Positions 1 through 10,985 of a stretch of 64,000 bases of DNA are shown piece by piece. Each line of letters begins with the position of its first letter. Within the stretch, counting starts at the first letter, position 1. Both the position numbers and the translations under genes were made by a program. The stretch lies in contig CAWGYD010000001.1 in assembly GCA_963826785.1 (NCBI GenBank), positions 32,001 to 96,000 on the forward strand, read 5' to 3'. Source of the DNA: an uncultured delta proteobacterium (GTDB lineage Bacteria; Desulfobacterota; Desulfobacteria; Desulfobacterales; Desulfosalsimonadaceae). The notes beneath the pieces were generated by a model. That model worked only from the letters and a program-made list of their open reading frames with translations, did not search any database and was not told the origin of the DNA.

Positions 1-388
1 CGGCGGTCCGGACAAACACATCCTCATCGAGAATGCTGCGTTCGGCCAGCTGCTCCGCCACGGACTGCATCTGCAGGTACTGCATGAGCTGGTCGGCAAT
101 TTCCAGCCGCGGGTCTTCCCCCTCTTCGGCCTCCGGGTCGGATCTGGGCGCCGGCAGCAGCATCCGGGATTTGATATGGGCCAGGGTGGCGGCCATCACC
201 AGAAATTCGCTGGCGATATCCACATTCAGTGATCGCATCCAGTCCAGGTAGGCTAGAAACTTTTCCGTGATAAATGAAATGGGAATATCATAGATATCCA
301 GCTCATTTTTTTTGATCAAATGGACCAGGAGGTCCATGGGACCCTCGAAGATATTTTCCAGCTTGATTTCATAGGCCTGCTGCGTCAT
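1..388 (-). CDS. scpA: Segregation and condensation protein A (kleisin), 5' part; runs off the window start
   Basis: Manual translation from ATG 388: MTQQAYEIKLENIFEGPMDLLVHLIKKNELDIYDIPI...EFLVMAATLAHIKSRMLLP, the typical ScpA N-terminus; follows trpS. Confidence 0.92.
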   Translation of the reverse strand, partial: MTQQAYEIKLENIFEGPMDLLVHLIKKNELDIYDIPISFITEKFLAYLDWMRSLNVDIASEFLVMAATLAHIKSRMLLPAPRSDPEAEEGEDPRLEIADQLMQYLQMQSVAEQLAERSILDEDVFVRTA

Positions 389-400
389 GGGTGCCCTGGA

Positions 401-1387
401 TCAGATTTTCAGCGCCTGCCGGACTTCCACCATTGTCTGCTCGGCAATGGCGGCGGCTTTTTCGTTCCCGGAGGAAAAGATGTCGTCGACGATGCCGGGA
501 TGCTCCGAATAATACCGGTTTTTTTCCCGGATCGGTGCCAGGGCGTCGATGAGAAATTTCGCCATTTCCTTCTTGCATTCCACGCACCCGATCTGGGCGG
601 TGCGGCAGGCCTGATCCACCCGGGACACGGTTTCTGCAGGCGAGTAGAGCTTGTGAAATTCGTAGACATTGCACACATCGGGGTTGCCCGGGTCAGAGCG
701 CCGCATCCGCTGGGGGTCGGTGATCATGGTGGCCACCTTTTTTTCGATCTCCCCGGGGGAATCGGTCAGGAAAATCGCGTTATCATAGCTTTTGCTCATC
801 TTTCGGCGATCCGTCCCCAGGATTTTGGCGGTTTCCGTCAAAATGGTGGCCGGTTCCGGGAATACATTCCCATAGAGGTAATTAAAGCGCCGGGCGATTT
901 CCCGGGTGATCTCGATGTGGGGGGCCTGGTCGATTCCCACCGGGACGCCTTCGGCCTTGTAGACGATGATGTCGGCCGCCTGCAGTACCGGGTAGCCCAG
1001 AAAACCGAAGGTGGACAGGTCCTTGTTTTTCAATTGTTCGATCTGGTCCTTGTAGGTGGGGTTGCGCTCCAGCCAGGGGACCGGGGTAATCATGGACAGC
1101 AGCAGGAACAGTTCCGCATGCGCCTTGATGTGGGATTGGACAAAAAGGGTGCATTTTTCGGGCGAAAGGCCGGCGCTGAGCCAGTCGATCATCATTTTCC
1201 GGGAAAACGCGGAGATGTTGCCCGGGTTTTCATAGTCGCTGGTCAGGGCATGCCAGTCCGCGATAAAGAAATAACAGTCATAATCGTCTGTCATGCTGAT
1301 CCAGTTTTTCAGCGCCCCGTGGTAATTGCCCAAATGAAGCGAACCCGTGGGCCGCATGCCGCTGACGATCCGTTTTTTTCCCGCCAT
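401..1387 (-). CDS. trpS: Tryptophanyl-tRNA synthetase
   Basis: SGMRPTGSLHLGNY (HIGH), GYPVLQAADI, VPVGIDQ and KMSKS motifs; AGGAG RBS before ATG 1387. Confidence 0.97.
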   Translation of the reverse strand: MAGKKRIVSGMRPTGSLHLGNYHGALKNWISMTDDYDCYFFIADWHALTSDYENPGNISAFSRKMMIDWLSAGLSPEKCTLFVQSHIKAHAELFLLLSMITPVPWLERNPTYKDQIEQLKNKDLSTFGFLGYPVLQAADIIVYKAEGVPVGIDQAPHIEITREIARRFNYLYGNVFPEPATILTETAKILGTDRRKMSKSYDNAIFLTDSPGEIEKKVATMITDPQRMRRSDPGNPDVCNVYEFHKLYSPAETVSRVDQACRTAQIGCVECKKEMAKFLIDALAPIREKNRYYSEHPGIVDDIFSSGNEKAAAIAEQTMVEVRQALKI

Positions 1388-1525
1388 TGAAAGCTCCTGA
1401 TTCATTAATGTATTTTAAATTTCTGGTTCAGTATCAAAGAAGTAAGAGTCAATTCAAGATTCAAAACGAAAGATTATGGCACGGAGGTAGGCGATAATCG
1501 AACTCCATCACTCCGCCCTCAAACC

Positions 1526-4221
1526 TCAAGCCTTCTTATGCATATGCCTGGCCGCCGCTTTTCTCAAGTATTCCATCTCCTCACGGGGATTTTTGGCCTC
1601 CCCGTTGACCTTGGCATCGAGCACCTCGGACAGGATCTTTCCATATACCGGTGAAGCGGGAATGCCCATCTCTTTTAAGTTCCTGCCGGAAACCGAAAGC
1701 CGAATCTTCCTGAGATCGGTGACGTAGTGGGAGATGGCCCGGATAATCTTCTGTTGGCCGGATATCGCCATCATGTAGAGGACCAGCTCGATTTTGAATT
1801 CTTTCAACTGATGGTAAAGCCCGCTTTTCTGCTCCGGCAGTTTCCGGTGGAGCCGATTCAGGCAGTCTTCCGCCGCGATCCGCTCCTGGATGCAAATCTT
1901 CCGATATTTCGGGGCCAGTTCAAACCGCAGGCAGATCTCCTCGGTTTTGTCCTGGATCGAATGATGCATCAGCACCAGGAAATAGACCAGCCATTTCATG
2001 CAGGTCTCTTCCGTAAATAACAGCTCATACCAGGAGAGCACTTTTCGGGTCGCATCGAAATGATCGATCAGTTTTGATGTCAGCGAGATGGAGGGATCGA
2101 TGACCTGCAGCAGATCGTATTCGTTTAACCGGATCAGCGCCGGGGTCGGATTTTCCTCCTTGAGAATCTGGCAGAGTTCCGAAAATACCCGGCGTCCGGA
2201 AAGCCGCTTGAAGAAATCCATTTTGACGGCGTTTTCAATCAGGCCCGAGGTGAGTTTGCCGATGGTAAACCCGAAGCGCTGTTCAAATTTGATGGCCCGA
2301 AACACCCGGGTGGGATCCTCCACGAAACTCAGGTTGTGCAGAATGCGGATGGCTTTTTCCTTGATATCCCGCTGACCGCCGAAAAAATCGATGAGTTGAC
2401 CAAATGAATTGGGATTGAGTGCAATGGCCAGGGTGTTGACGGTGAAATCCCGCCGGAACAGATCGAGCTTGATGGAACTCATTTCCACCGTGGGCAGGGC
2501 CGCGGGGAATTTGTAATATTCCATGCGGGCCGAGGCCACATCGATCTTGAAGTCGTCGGGGAATATGATCACCGCGGTGCCGAACTTGGCATAGGCATTG
2601 ATCCGGGCGCCGGAGCGGCGGGCAAATTCCCGGGCAAACGCGATGCCGTTTCCTTCGATGACGATGTCGATATCCTCATTTTCCCGGTATAGGAACATGT
2701 CCCTCACGAATCCGCCCACCACGTAGGCGGAAACCCCCATCTCCTCCGCCGCACTTCCGATTTCCTTCAAAATGGCGATGATCCGGTCCGGGAGCCGCTC
2801 GTTCATGAACCCCACCATGTTTTTGCGCCGGGGGCCGGTGCTTTCCTCCAGGGGATCCGGTGCCTGCAGCTGCCGGTTCTGGGATTCCTGAACCAGGGTG
2901 TTGAGCAGGTCGGTGCGGGTGATCACCCCGATGATGTGCCTGTTTTCCATCACCGGAAGCACCCGCTGCTTGTTTTCGATGATTTTTTCCTGGATTTCAC
3001 TGATGTTCGCCTCCGGCCCCACGGTGGCAAATTCCGAAGTCATGTATTCCCGGATGGGGATTTCGTCCAGGTCATGATAGAGGGCCTTTTCGATCACCGG
3101 CCGGGTGATGTACCCCAGGAGCCGGTCCTCGCCGTTTTCCTGGTCTGCCACCAGCAGGGCATTGACATTGTAGCGGGTCAGCAGCTGCCTTGCCGCGCCG
3201 CAGGAGACGCCCGGTTCGGCGGTAATGGGAGGGGAGGACATGATATCCCTGGCCCCTTGCCTGAATTTGACATGCTGGTGAAGGATCTCGATCAGCTGCT
3301 GTTCCGTCTGGGCCAGGGTTTTGTCCCTGATGGTGGCAGCCGCGGCATAACTGTGGCCGCCGCCGCCCATCTCCCGGATGATTTCTCCCACATCCACTTC
3401 GAGAATCCGGCTGCGGGCGGTGATATAAATTTTATTCTTCATCAGGGCAATGGCGAAAATGGCGTTGAAATTTTCGATTTTCACCATTTTTTGCACCAGA
3501 AAGGCGAAATCATGAATGTATTCATCGCAGGTGACGCTGGTAACAGCGATATCCACCCCGTTGATCAGGTATTGTTTCACCGAATCGATCATATCGGTCA
3601 GCAGCCGTATCTGCCGGGGATCCATTTCCTTGGAGATAAAATTGGCAACGGTGGCCAGGCTGGCCCCCCTGGACAAGAGGAATCCGGCGGCGACGAAGTC
3701 GTTTTCGGTGGTGGAGGAGAACATGAATGCCCCGGTGTCTTCGTAGATTCCCAGGCACATGATGGTGGCTTCTTCAGGCGAAATATCGATTCCTTGGTCC
3801 CGGATCATTTCCGTCAGCAGGGTGACATTTGCGCCCGTGGGGCGGTTGGCCTCGAAATCCGGTTTGATATCGGTTCCCAGCGGCGGATGATGATCATAGA
3901 TGTGGATTTCAATATCCCGGCGGCCCACCAGATCCCCCAGTTCGCCGATCCGGTTTTTTTGCTTGGTGTCGACAATGACCAGCCGCCCGATGCGGCTTTT
4001 GTCGATTTTCTTGATATCCACCATGTTGAACAGATAAGCCATTGAATTGATGAAAAAGTTCTTGGCGCTTTTTTCGTGAAACCCGGAAAGACGACGATGG
4101 AGTCCGGGTACAGTTTGTGGGCGGCAAGCAGCGAACCCACCGCATCGAAATCGGCGTTCACGTGTGTGGTGATGACCGTAAGGGGCCTGGCCGGATTCTG
4201 TCTTTTTGGGGGTGTGTTCAA
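1526..4221 (-). CDS. DHH/DHHA1-CBS-CBS-tRNA nucleotidyltransferase fusion (probable A-adding/CCA-type enzyme); one frameshift near 4079
   Basis: N-terminal TTHVNADFDAVGS (other frame), DHH, GGGGH, paired CBS domains, VVGGFVRD..DIDIVIE and DLFRRDFTVN; the frames join with one missing base (FPG-x-HEKSAKNFFINSMAY); TTG start inferred. Confidence 0.85.
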
Positions 4222-4567
4222 GTTCTGTCCTTCAATTGCCGTGCAATTTAAAATTTGTAACTCATTAACAAAAAAATGAAAAATGGGCAATTAAGATAAA
4301 CGGAAGTTTGGTTTTTCTTCATCCGGACCGCCCCCGATGCCGATTTGTGGATACGGCGGCCGTTCAGGCGCGGGTTTTTAGCCTGTGATATAAATAAAAT
4401 GCATGGGATTATTGTCTTGACGCGGTCTGATGAGGTGATAATATAACTCAGCGCCAACAGCGGCCGACCATCGAAAAAAATGCAGTCTCCCGTATTGCCA
4501 TATTGTGATTTCATCATGCCGAATCCAATCATACTGCTTGTGCTGAACAACAGCAAAGGAGGTTTTT

Positions 4568-5779
4568 ATGCCGGTGTACCAGTGGGAAGGAAAAGGCCGG
4601 AAAAATCAGGTCCGTAAAGGGGAAATGGAGGCTGCCACCGAAGATGCGGTGCGAGCCAATTTATTGCGCCAGGGGGTTACCCCGGACAAAATCAAGAAAA
4701 AGCCCAAGGACCTGTTTGAAAATGTGACCTTCCTTCAGCCGGGGATCAAAGAAAAGGACATCGTGGTCTTTGCCCGGCAGTTTTCCACCATGATCGATGC
4801 GGGACTTCCCATTATTCAGTGCCTGGATATTCTGCAATCCCAGCAGGAAAATCCCACCTTCAAGAAAATGCTCAGGGAAATCAAGGAATCTGTGGAAAGC
4901 GGCCAGACCCTTGCCGAAGCCATGAAGAAATACCCCAACCAGTTTGATTCCCTGTTCGTCAACATGATCGCAGCCGGCGAGGCCGGCGGTATTTTAGACG
5001 TGATTTTGCGTCGGCTGGCAGCCTATATGGAAAAGGCGATGAAATTAAAGGCCCAGGTCAAGGGGGCCATGACCTATCCCATTGTCACCCTGATCATCGC
5101 GGTCATCGTGGTCGCCGTTATCCTGGTTTTCGTCATCCCGGTGTTCGAGGAAATGTTTGCCGATTTCGGCAAGGCGCTTCCGGCGCCCACCCAGATCGTG
5201 GTTAACATGAGCCGGTTTGTCAAATCCAAAATTCTATATATTATCGGTGCATTGTTCATTATGAGCTTTGCCGTCCGCCGGTTCTACAAGACGGAAAAAG
5301 GGCGTGCGATCATCGATGACCTGGTGCTCAAGATCCCCATTATCGGAATACTGATCCGCAAAGTGGCGGTGGCCAAGTTCACCCGGACCATGGGGACCAT
5401 GCTCTCCAGCGGTGTGGCCATTCTCGAAGCTTTAGACATCGTGGCCCGGACCTCGGGGAACAAAACCATTGAAAAAGCCATTTACAAAGTCCGGACCGGC
5501 ATTGCCGAAGGGCAGACCATTGCAGACCCGCTGGCGGAAACCGGAGTGTTTCCGCCCATGGTCTGTCAGATGATTGCCGTCGGCGAATCCACCGGCGCCA
5601 TCGATGCCATGATGGAGAAAATCGCCGATTTTTATGAAGACGAGGTGGACCAGGCCGTGGATAACCTCACGGCGCTGATCGAGCCCTTCATGCTGGTATT
5701 TCTGGGAGTCACCATCGGTGGACTGGTCGTATCCATGTACCTCCCCGTGTTCAAGCTGGCCGGTGCGATTTCCGGATAA
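4568..5779 (+). CDS. pilC: Type IV pilus inner-membrane platform protein (T2SS F family)
   Basis: FARQFSTMIDAGLP, AGEAGGILD, KVKGAMTYP-like and EPFM..MYLP motifs; AAGGAGG RBS. Confidence 0.95.
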   Translation: MPVYQWEGKGRKNQVRKGEMEAATEDAVRANLLRQGVTPDKIKKKPKDLFENVTFLQPGIKEKDIVVFARQFSTMIDAGLPIIQCLDILQSQQENPTFKKMLREIKESVESGQTLAEAMKKYPNQFDSLFVNMIAAGEAGGILDVILRRLAAYMEKAMKLKAQVKGAMTYPIVTLIIAVIVVAVILVFVIPVFEEMFADFGKALPAPTQIVVNMSRFVKSKILYIIGALFIMSFAVRRFYKTEKGRAIIDDLVLKIPIIGILIRKVAVAKFTRTMGTMLSSGVAILEALDIVARTSGNKTIEKAIYKVRTGIAEGQTIADPLAETGVFPPMVCQMIAVGESTGAIDAMMEKIADFYEDEVDQAVDNLTALIEPFMLVFLGVTIGGLVVSMYLPVFKLAGAISG

Positions 5780-5784
5780 GCGGA

Positions 5785-7098
5785 TTGAAAATCGAGCGAA
5801 AAAACAAATTCGAACTGGACCTGTACAGCAAGCTGAAGTGGCTGACGTTTTTCCGGGCGCTGTTTGCCGCGGTGCTTCTGTGCTCAGCACTGGTGGTGGG
5901 GTTCCATCAGGATATCTCCATTCTGAGCGATCCCCTGATTCTTCTTTACGCTATTTCCTTTATCCTGCTGATCCTGTCGACCATCTACGGCGTTCGGCTG
6001 GCCCATACCCGCCACCTGGTCCGGATGGCCTATTTTCAACTCATCATCGACACGCTGCTGGTGAGCTGCATCATTTTTGTCACGGGCAGCTTTTCAAGCG
6101 TGTTTTCATTTCTATACCTGGTGGTGATCATTTATGCGAGCATGGTGATCTACCGCAGGGGCGGGATGATCATCGCGGTCCTGTGCGCCATTCAGTACGG
6201 TTTGATGATCGATCTGGAATACTTCGGCCTCATCCGGCCCCTGGGGTTTGCCTCCGATTACCTGATCCACAGCTATAAATGGGATTATGTCCTTTACAAG
6301 ATTGTGATCATCATGACAGCCTGTCTTGCCACGGCGTTTCTGAGCGGATTTCTGGCCGAACAGGAACGCCGGGCAAAACAGGAACTCTGGTCTATTGAAG
6401 AACAGATCAAGCGGGTGGAAAAGCTGGCGGCCATCGGCGAAATGGCCTCGGGCCTGGCGCATGAAATCAAGAATCCGCTGGCGTCTTTGTCCGGATCGAT
6501 CCAGATGCTCAGGGAAGATCTCCCCTATGAGCCCGATCGGGACCGGCTCATGGAAATCATCCTGCGGGAGACCAACCGGATCAGTTCGCTGCTGACCGAA
6601 TTTTTGATGTTTGCCAAGCCCAGGCCGGGTAAAAAGAAGCTCATCGACCTGCGTCAGGCCCTGGATGAAACCATCAAATATTTCGAGTCCGATAACCGTC
6701 GAAATCGCAAGATTAAGGTCGTAAAGGAATTGTCCGAGGACATCCGCGTGGAGATCGACCCGGACCATCTGCGCCAGATCGTCTGGAACCTGCTGCTCAA
6801 CGCGGAAGAGGCGATTGAAGACGAAGGGACCATCCGCATCCGGCTGTATGCCAATAAAAAGTACGCCTGCGTGGCCATCTCCGATGACGGCTGCGGCATG
6901 ACCGAAGAAACCATGGAGTCGATTTTCGATCCGTTTTTTACCCGCAAGGCCAAGGGAACCGGACTGGGGCTCTCCATTGTTCAGCGCATCATTACCTCAT
7001 ATAATGGATTGATTGAAGTCGAAAGCACCCAAGGCGCCGGCAGCACGTTTACCCTCCGATTTTTTCGCAGTCACCCGCCCCGTCAGACCGCTGCTTAA
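5785..7098 (+). CDS. pilS: Membrane sensor histidine kinase, PilS-like
   Basis: Multiple TM helices, H-box LAHEIKNPL, N-box NLLLNA, DDGCG, FFT and GTGLGL; directly after pilC. Confidence 0.8.
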   Translation: MKIERKNKFELDLYSKLKWLTFFRALFAAVLLCSALVVGFHQDISILSDPLILLYAISFILLILSTIYGVRLAHTRHLVRMAYFQLIIDTLLVSCIIFVTGSFSSVFSFLYLVVIIYASMVIYRRGGMIIAVLCAIQYGLMIDLEYFGLIRPLGFASDYLIHSYKWDYVLYKIVIIMTACLATAFLSGFLAEQERRAKQELWSIEEQIKRVEKLAAIGEMASGLAHEIKNPLASLSGSIQMLREDLPYEPDRDRLMEIILRETNRISSLLTEFLMFAKPRPGKKKLIDLRQALDETIKYFESDNRRNRKIKVVKELSEDIRVEIDPDHLRQIVWNLLLNAEEAIEDEGTIRIRLYANKKYACVAISDDGCGMTEETMESIFDPFFTRKAKGTGLGLSIVQRIITSYNGLIEVESTQGAGSTFTLRFFRSHPPRQTAA

Positions 7099-7171
7099 TT
7101 TAAGAACCAAATTCCACGATGCTTCAAGACGTAAAAGCGACGTCAGGCTTAAACCTGGGTGCAATGTAAAT

Positions 7172-7314
7172 AGTGGCTGAACGAAAACCGTCTATTTGCT
7201 CAATATCTGCGTCAGGCTCAAATTTTAATCCTCAAAATACCTCGAGTATTCCTGCGGTTAAAATTTTCGCCTTCCTTGATCTTGAACAAATATCCTGGTT
7301 TTCGTCCGGCCACT
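7172..7314. repeat. 143-bp imperfect palindromic intergenic element (MITE/REP-like)
   Basis: Terminal IR AGTGGCTGAACGAAAACC / GGTTTTCGTCCGGCCACT (16/18), inner IRs TATTTGCTCAA/TTGAACAAATA and AAATTTTAATC/GGTTAAAATTT. Confidence 0.75.
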
Positions 7315-7513
7315 GACGGGTTCACCAGGCGTATGCGCCTTGGCCTTTCGGCCTTTTCAACCGTTTTCATTTTCAATGTTGATCTTGACAGGTTCGGGCA
7401 AATGGGATAACAAGGGCAGGATTAATATATATTCTCGGGACGTTATTATTTAAAAACCGGAAGGCCGGGTTCCCGGTCTGCTTTTCTCATAAATATACAG
7501 GCAGCGTCTAAAA

Positions 7514-9010
7514 ATGGAACAACCAAAAGATATCATTGAAAAACGAAAAGAAAAAATTGCCCAGTTGAAGGCATCGGGAATCAATCTGTATCCCAATGAC
7601 TTTCACGTCGAGCACACGATCAGTGAAATCCTCGAAGACGTAAAACGGCATCCACAGGCCGTGACCGATGAATCGGCGGGGATTACCCTGGCCGGCCGGA
7701 TGATGGCCATCAATCGCTTCGGGAAGTCGACGTTCATCCGTTTCCGGGATCGGACCGGCCAGATGCAGGCCTACATCCGGGCCGATAAGGTGGGGGAATC
7801 CGATTACAATCTTTTTAGAAAATTCGATATCGGCGATTTCGTAGGGCTTTCCGGATACCTGTTTCAGACCAAAACCGGTGAATGGACGCTTTTGGCCGAG
7901 CAGGTCCGTCTGCTGTCCAAGGCCGTCCGGCCGCTGCCGGAAAAATTCCATGGGCTCAAGGATCCGGAGAAGCGTTACCGACAGCGCTATCTGGACCTGA
8001 TCATGAATCCGGAAGTTCGCGAGGTTTTCATCAAGCGCAGCCGGCTGATCCAGCAGATCCGGCATTTTCTGCTGGAAAGAGGATACCTCGAAGTGGAAAC
8101 GCCCATGATGCAGACGCTTCCCGGGGGGGCGGACGCCCGGCCGTTCAAAACCTATCATAATGCCCTGGATATGGAGCTGTTTTTGCGGATCGCGCCGGAA
8201 TTATACCTGAAGCGGCTGGTGACCGGCGGTTTCGAGCGGGTTTTTGAAATCAACCGGAACTTCAGGAATGAAGGCATCTCCACCCAGCACAACCCGGAAT
8301 TTACCATGCTGGAGTTTTATCAGGCCTATGCCACCTATGAGGACCTGATGGATCTGACCGAAGAAATGTTTGCGGCCGCAGCCGTTGCAGTGGCCGGGTC
8401 GACGGAACTCGACTACCAGGGACATCGAATTTCATTTGCCGGACCCTGGCAGCGCTTTTCGCTTTTGGAATCGCTGGAAAAGATCGGGGGGGTTCCGTTG
8501 GAAATATTTGCCGATCGGGCACAGGCCGCGGCATATGCGGAATCAAAGGGGATCCGGTGGGGTCAGAAAGATGCGGAACGGATCGGCACGGGCAAGATCA
8601 TGACCAAGCTCTTCGACGCCCTGGTGGAACCCAAACTGATCCACCCGACGTTCATCACCGGTTATCCGGTCGAAGTCTCGCCCCTTTCCCGGCGCAGCAA
8701 AACCGCGCCGGATCTGACGGATCGTTTCGAACTGTTCATTGCCGGAAAAGAAATTGCAAACGGCTTTTCCGAACTCAATGATCCTGAAGACCAGCGGGAG
8801 CGATTTGTCGCGCAGATGGCAAAGAAAGAAGAGGATGACGGCATGCCCCGCATGATCGATGAGGATTACGTCAATGCACTGGAATTCGGAATGCCGCCCA
8901 CTGCAGGGGAAGGTATCGGGATTGACCGGCTGGCCATGATCCTGACGGATTGCCCTTCCATCAGAGATGTGATTCTGTTTCCCCACATGAAATTGACCGA
9001 AAGACCTTAA
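7514..9010 (+). CDS. lysS: Lysyl-tRNA synthetase, class II
   Basis: RYRQRYLDL, EVETPMM, LRIAPELYLKRL, FRNEG, HNPEFTMLE and GMPPTAGEGIGIDRL. Confidence 0.98.
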   Translation: MEQPKDIIEKRKEKIAQLKASGINLYPNDFHVEHTISEILEDVKRHPQAVTDESAGITLAGRMMAINRFGKSTFIRFRDRTGQMQAYIRADKVGESDYNLFRKFDIGDFVGLSGYLFQTKTGEWTLLAEQVRLLSKAVRPLPEKFHGLKDPEKRYRQRYLDLIMNPEVREVFIKRSRLIQQIRHFLLERGYLEVETPMMQTLPGGADARPFKTYHNALDMELFLRIAPELYLKRLVTGGFERVFEINRNFRNEGISTQHNPEFTMLEFYQAYATYEDLMDLTEEMFAAAAVAVAGSTELDYQGHRISFAGPWQRFSLLESLEKIGGVPLEIFADRAQAAAYAESKGIRWGQKDAERIGTGKIMTKLFDALVEPKLIHPTFITGYPVEVSPLSRRSKTAPDLTDRFELFIAGKEIANGFSELNDPEDQRERFVAQMAKKEEDDGMPRMIDEDYVNALEFGMPPTAGEGIGIDRLAMILTDCPSIRDVILFPHMKLTERP

Positions 9011-9043
9011 ACCCGTTGAACTTCAAGTTGAGACACTCAACAG

Positions 9044-10279
9044 ATGGCTTTTGAATATTATGTCGGCGGACGGTATCTCCGTTCCAGGCAGAAGCACGCC
9101 TTTATTTCATTTATCACCTTCCTGTCCATGGCTGGAATCATGGTGGGGGTCATGGCCCTGATCATCGTGATCGCCGTCATGTCCGGCGCGGAATCGTATT
9201 TCAAAACACAGATTCTGGGTGTGGAATCCCACATCATCGTCCGGCGCCACGGCGGAGCCATCCAGGATTATCCGGAACTGGTCGACCAGATCAAAGCCCT
9301 GCCGGATGTTACCTCCGTGGCCCCCTTTGTCTATACCCAGGTGATGCTCAGATCCTCTTCCGGTATTTCCGGGGCGGTCCTGCGGGGGATCGATCCTGTT
9401 GCTGCGCCGAACCAGATCAAGGGATATTCTGAATCCATGCTGGAGCAGAAACTGCGTCCCCAGAGCGTATCCGGCGGAGAAGTGACCGTGCCGGGGATCG
9501 TTCTGGGCAAGGAACTGGCCGCCTCTCTGGGCGCCGGCCAGGGGAGCATGATTTATCTGATTTCCCCCAAGGGAATGATGAGCCCGGTGGGGCATATGCC
9601 CACCATGAAGCGGTTTGAGGTGACCGGCTTTTTCGAATCCGGTTTTTACGAATATGATGCGTCACTGGCCTACATCAATCTTAAGACCGCTCAGCAGCTG
9701 CTGAAAATAGACGATGCCGTTACCGGCCTGGGCATCCGGGTGGACGACATTTACAAGGCAGGCGACATTTCCCGGAATATCAGCGAAAAGATCGGCTATC
9801 CGTATTGGACCATCGACTGGATGCAGATGAACCAGAGCTTTTTTTCCGCGCTCAAACTGGAGAAAAAGGCCATGTTCATCATCCTGACATTGATCATCCT
9901 GGTGGCTGCATTCAATATCGCCAGTACGCTGATCATGATGGTCATGGGAAAAACCCGTGATATCGCCATATTGAAAACCATGGGGGCCACCGACCGGAGC
10001 ATCTGGAAAATATTTGCTTACAAGGGAATGGTGATCGGAATGATCGGGACGGTCCTGGGAACGGTGCTGGGGGTCATCGTCTGCATTGTCCTGAAACATT
10101 ACCGCTTCATCGAGCTTCCCGGAGACGTTTATTATTTCAAGACGCTTCCGGTTCAGCTGGAGGGGATGGATGTCCTGACCATCGTGGCGGCCGCCCTGGT
10201 GATCTGCTTCCTGTCCACCCTGTACCCGGCCTACAAGGCGGCCCGCTACAATCCGGTGGAGGCGCTTCGATATGGATAA
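9044..10279 (+). CDS. lolE: Lipoprotein-releasing ABC transporter permease LolC/E
   Basis: FISFITFLSMAGIMVGVMALIIVIAVMSG, VAAFNI..TL.M.V..K.RDIAILKTMGA, C-terminal PVEALRY. Confidence 0.92.
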   Translation: MAFEYYVGGRYLRSRQKHAFISFITFLSMAGIMVGVMALIIVIAVMSGAESYFKTQILGVESHIIVRRHGGAIQDYPELVDQIKALPDVTSVAPFVYTQVMLRSSSGISGAVLRGIDPVAAPNQIKGYSESMLEQKLRPQSVSGGEVTVPGIVLGKELAASLGAGQGSMIYLISPKGMMSPVGHMPTMKRFEVTGFFESGFYEYDASLAYINLKTAQQLLKIDDAVTGLGIRVDDIYKAGDISRNISEKIGYPYWTIDWMQMNQSFFSALKLEKKAMFIILTLIILVAAFNIASTLIMMVMGKTRDIAILKTMGATDRSIWKIFAYKGMVIGMIGTVLGTVLGVIVCIVLKHYRFIELPGDVYYFKTLPVQLEGMDVLTIVAAALVICFLSTLYPAYKAARYNPVEALRYG

Positions 10280-10982
10280 ATCAGCTGTTTTTCCGGGAGC
10301 GGATATGCCGCATCTGATTTCGCTTCGCGATATCGGCAAAGCCTATAAAAATAACGGCACGCAGATCGAAGTGCTCAATCATCTGTCCGTGGATATCCAG
10401 CGGGGGGAAACCATCGCCGTGGTAGGGGAATCCGGAATCGGGAAATCCACCTTTCTTCATATTCTGGGTACGTTGGATCCGCCGGACAGTGGGTCCTTTT
10501 ATTACCAGGGGGACGATATTTTTGCTTATGACCGCAACCGGCTGGCGGATTTCAGGAATAAGACCATCGGATTCGTCTTTCAGTTCCATTATCTGCTGGC
10601 GGAATTTTCCGCCCTGGAGAATGTGATGATGCCCGGCCTCATCCGCAGGATGAACCGGTCTCAGGTGGCACAGATGGCGGAATCGATGCTGGTCCGGGTC
10701 AATCTCAAGGATCGTCTCCGCCACCGGGTGTCCGACCTGTCCGGAGGCGAGCAGCAGCGGGTGGCGCTTGCCCGGGCCCTGGTTCTCAACCCGGAAATCC
10801 TGCTGGCCGACGAACCCACCGGGAACCTGGACAAGAAGAACAGCGCCCAGATCCATGAATTGATGATGGCGCTGAATCAGGAATATAAAATGACGATCGT
10901 GACCGTCACCCACAACATGAAGCTGGCGGATTACATGGACAAACGGATGACGCTCGTCGATGGGAAATTGGTAGAGATATAA
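10272..10982 (+). CDS. lolD: Lipoprotein-releasing ABC transporter ATPase
   Basis: GESGIGKST, GFVFQFHYLL, LSGGEQQRVA, LADEPTGNLD. Confidence 0.93.
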   Translation: MDKSAVFPGADMPHLISLRDIGKAYKNNGTQIEVLNHLSVDIQRGETIAVVGESGIGKSTFLHILGTLDPPDSGSFYYQGDDIFAYDRNRLADFRNKTIGFVFQFHYLLAEFSALENVMMPGLIRRMNRSQVAQMAESMLVRVNLKDRLRHRVSDLSGGEQQRVALARALVLNPEILLADEPTGNLDKKNSAQIHELMMALNQEYKMTIVTVTHNMKLADYMDKRMTLVDGKLVEI

Positions 10983-10985
10983 ATC

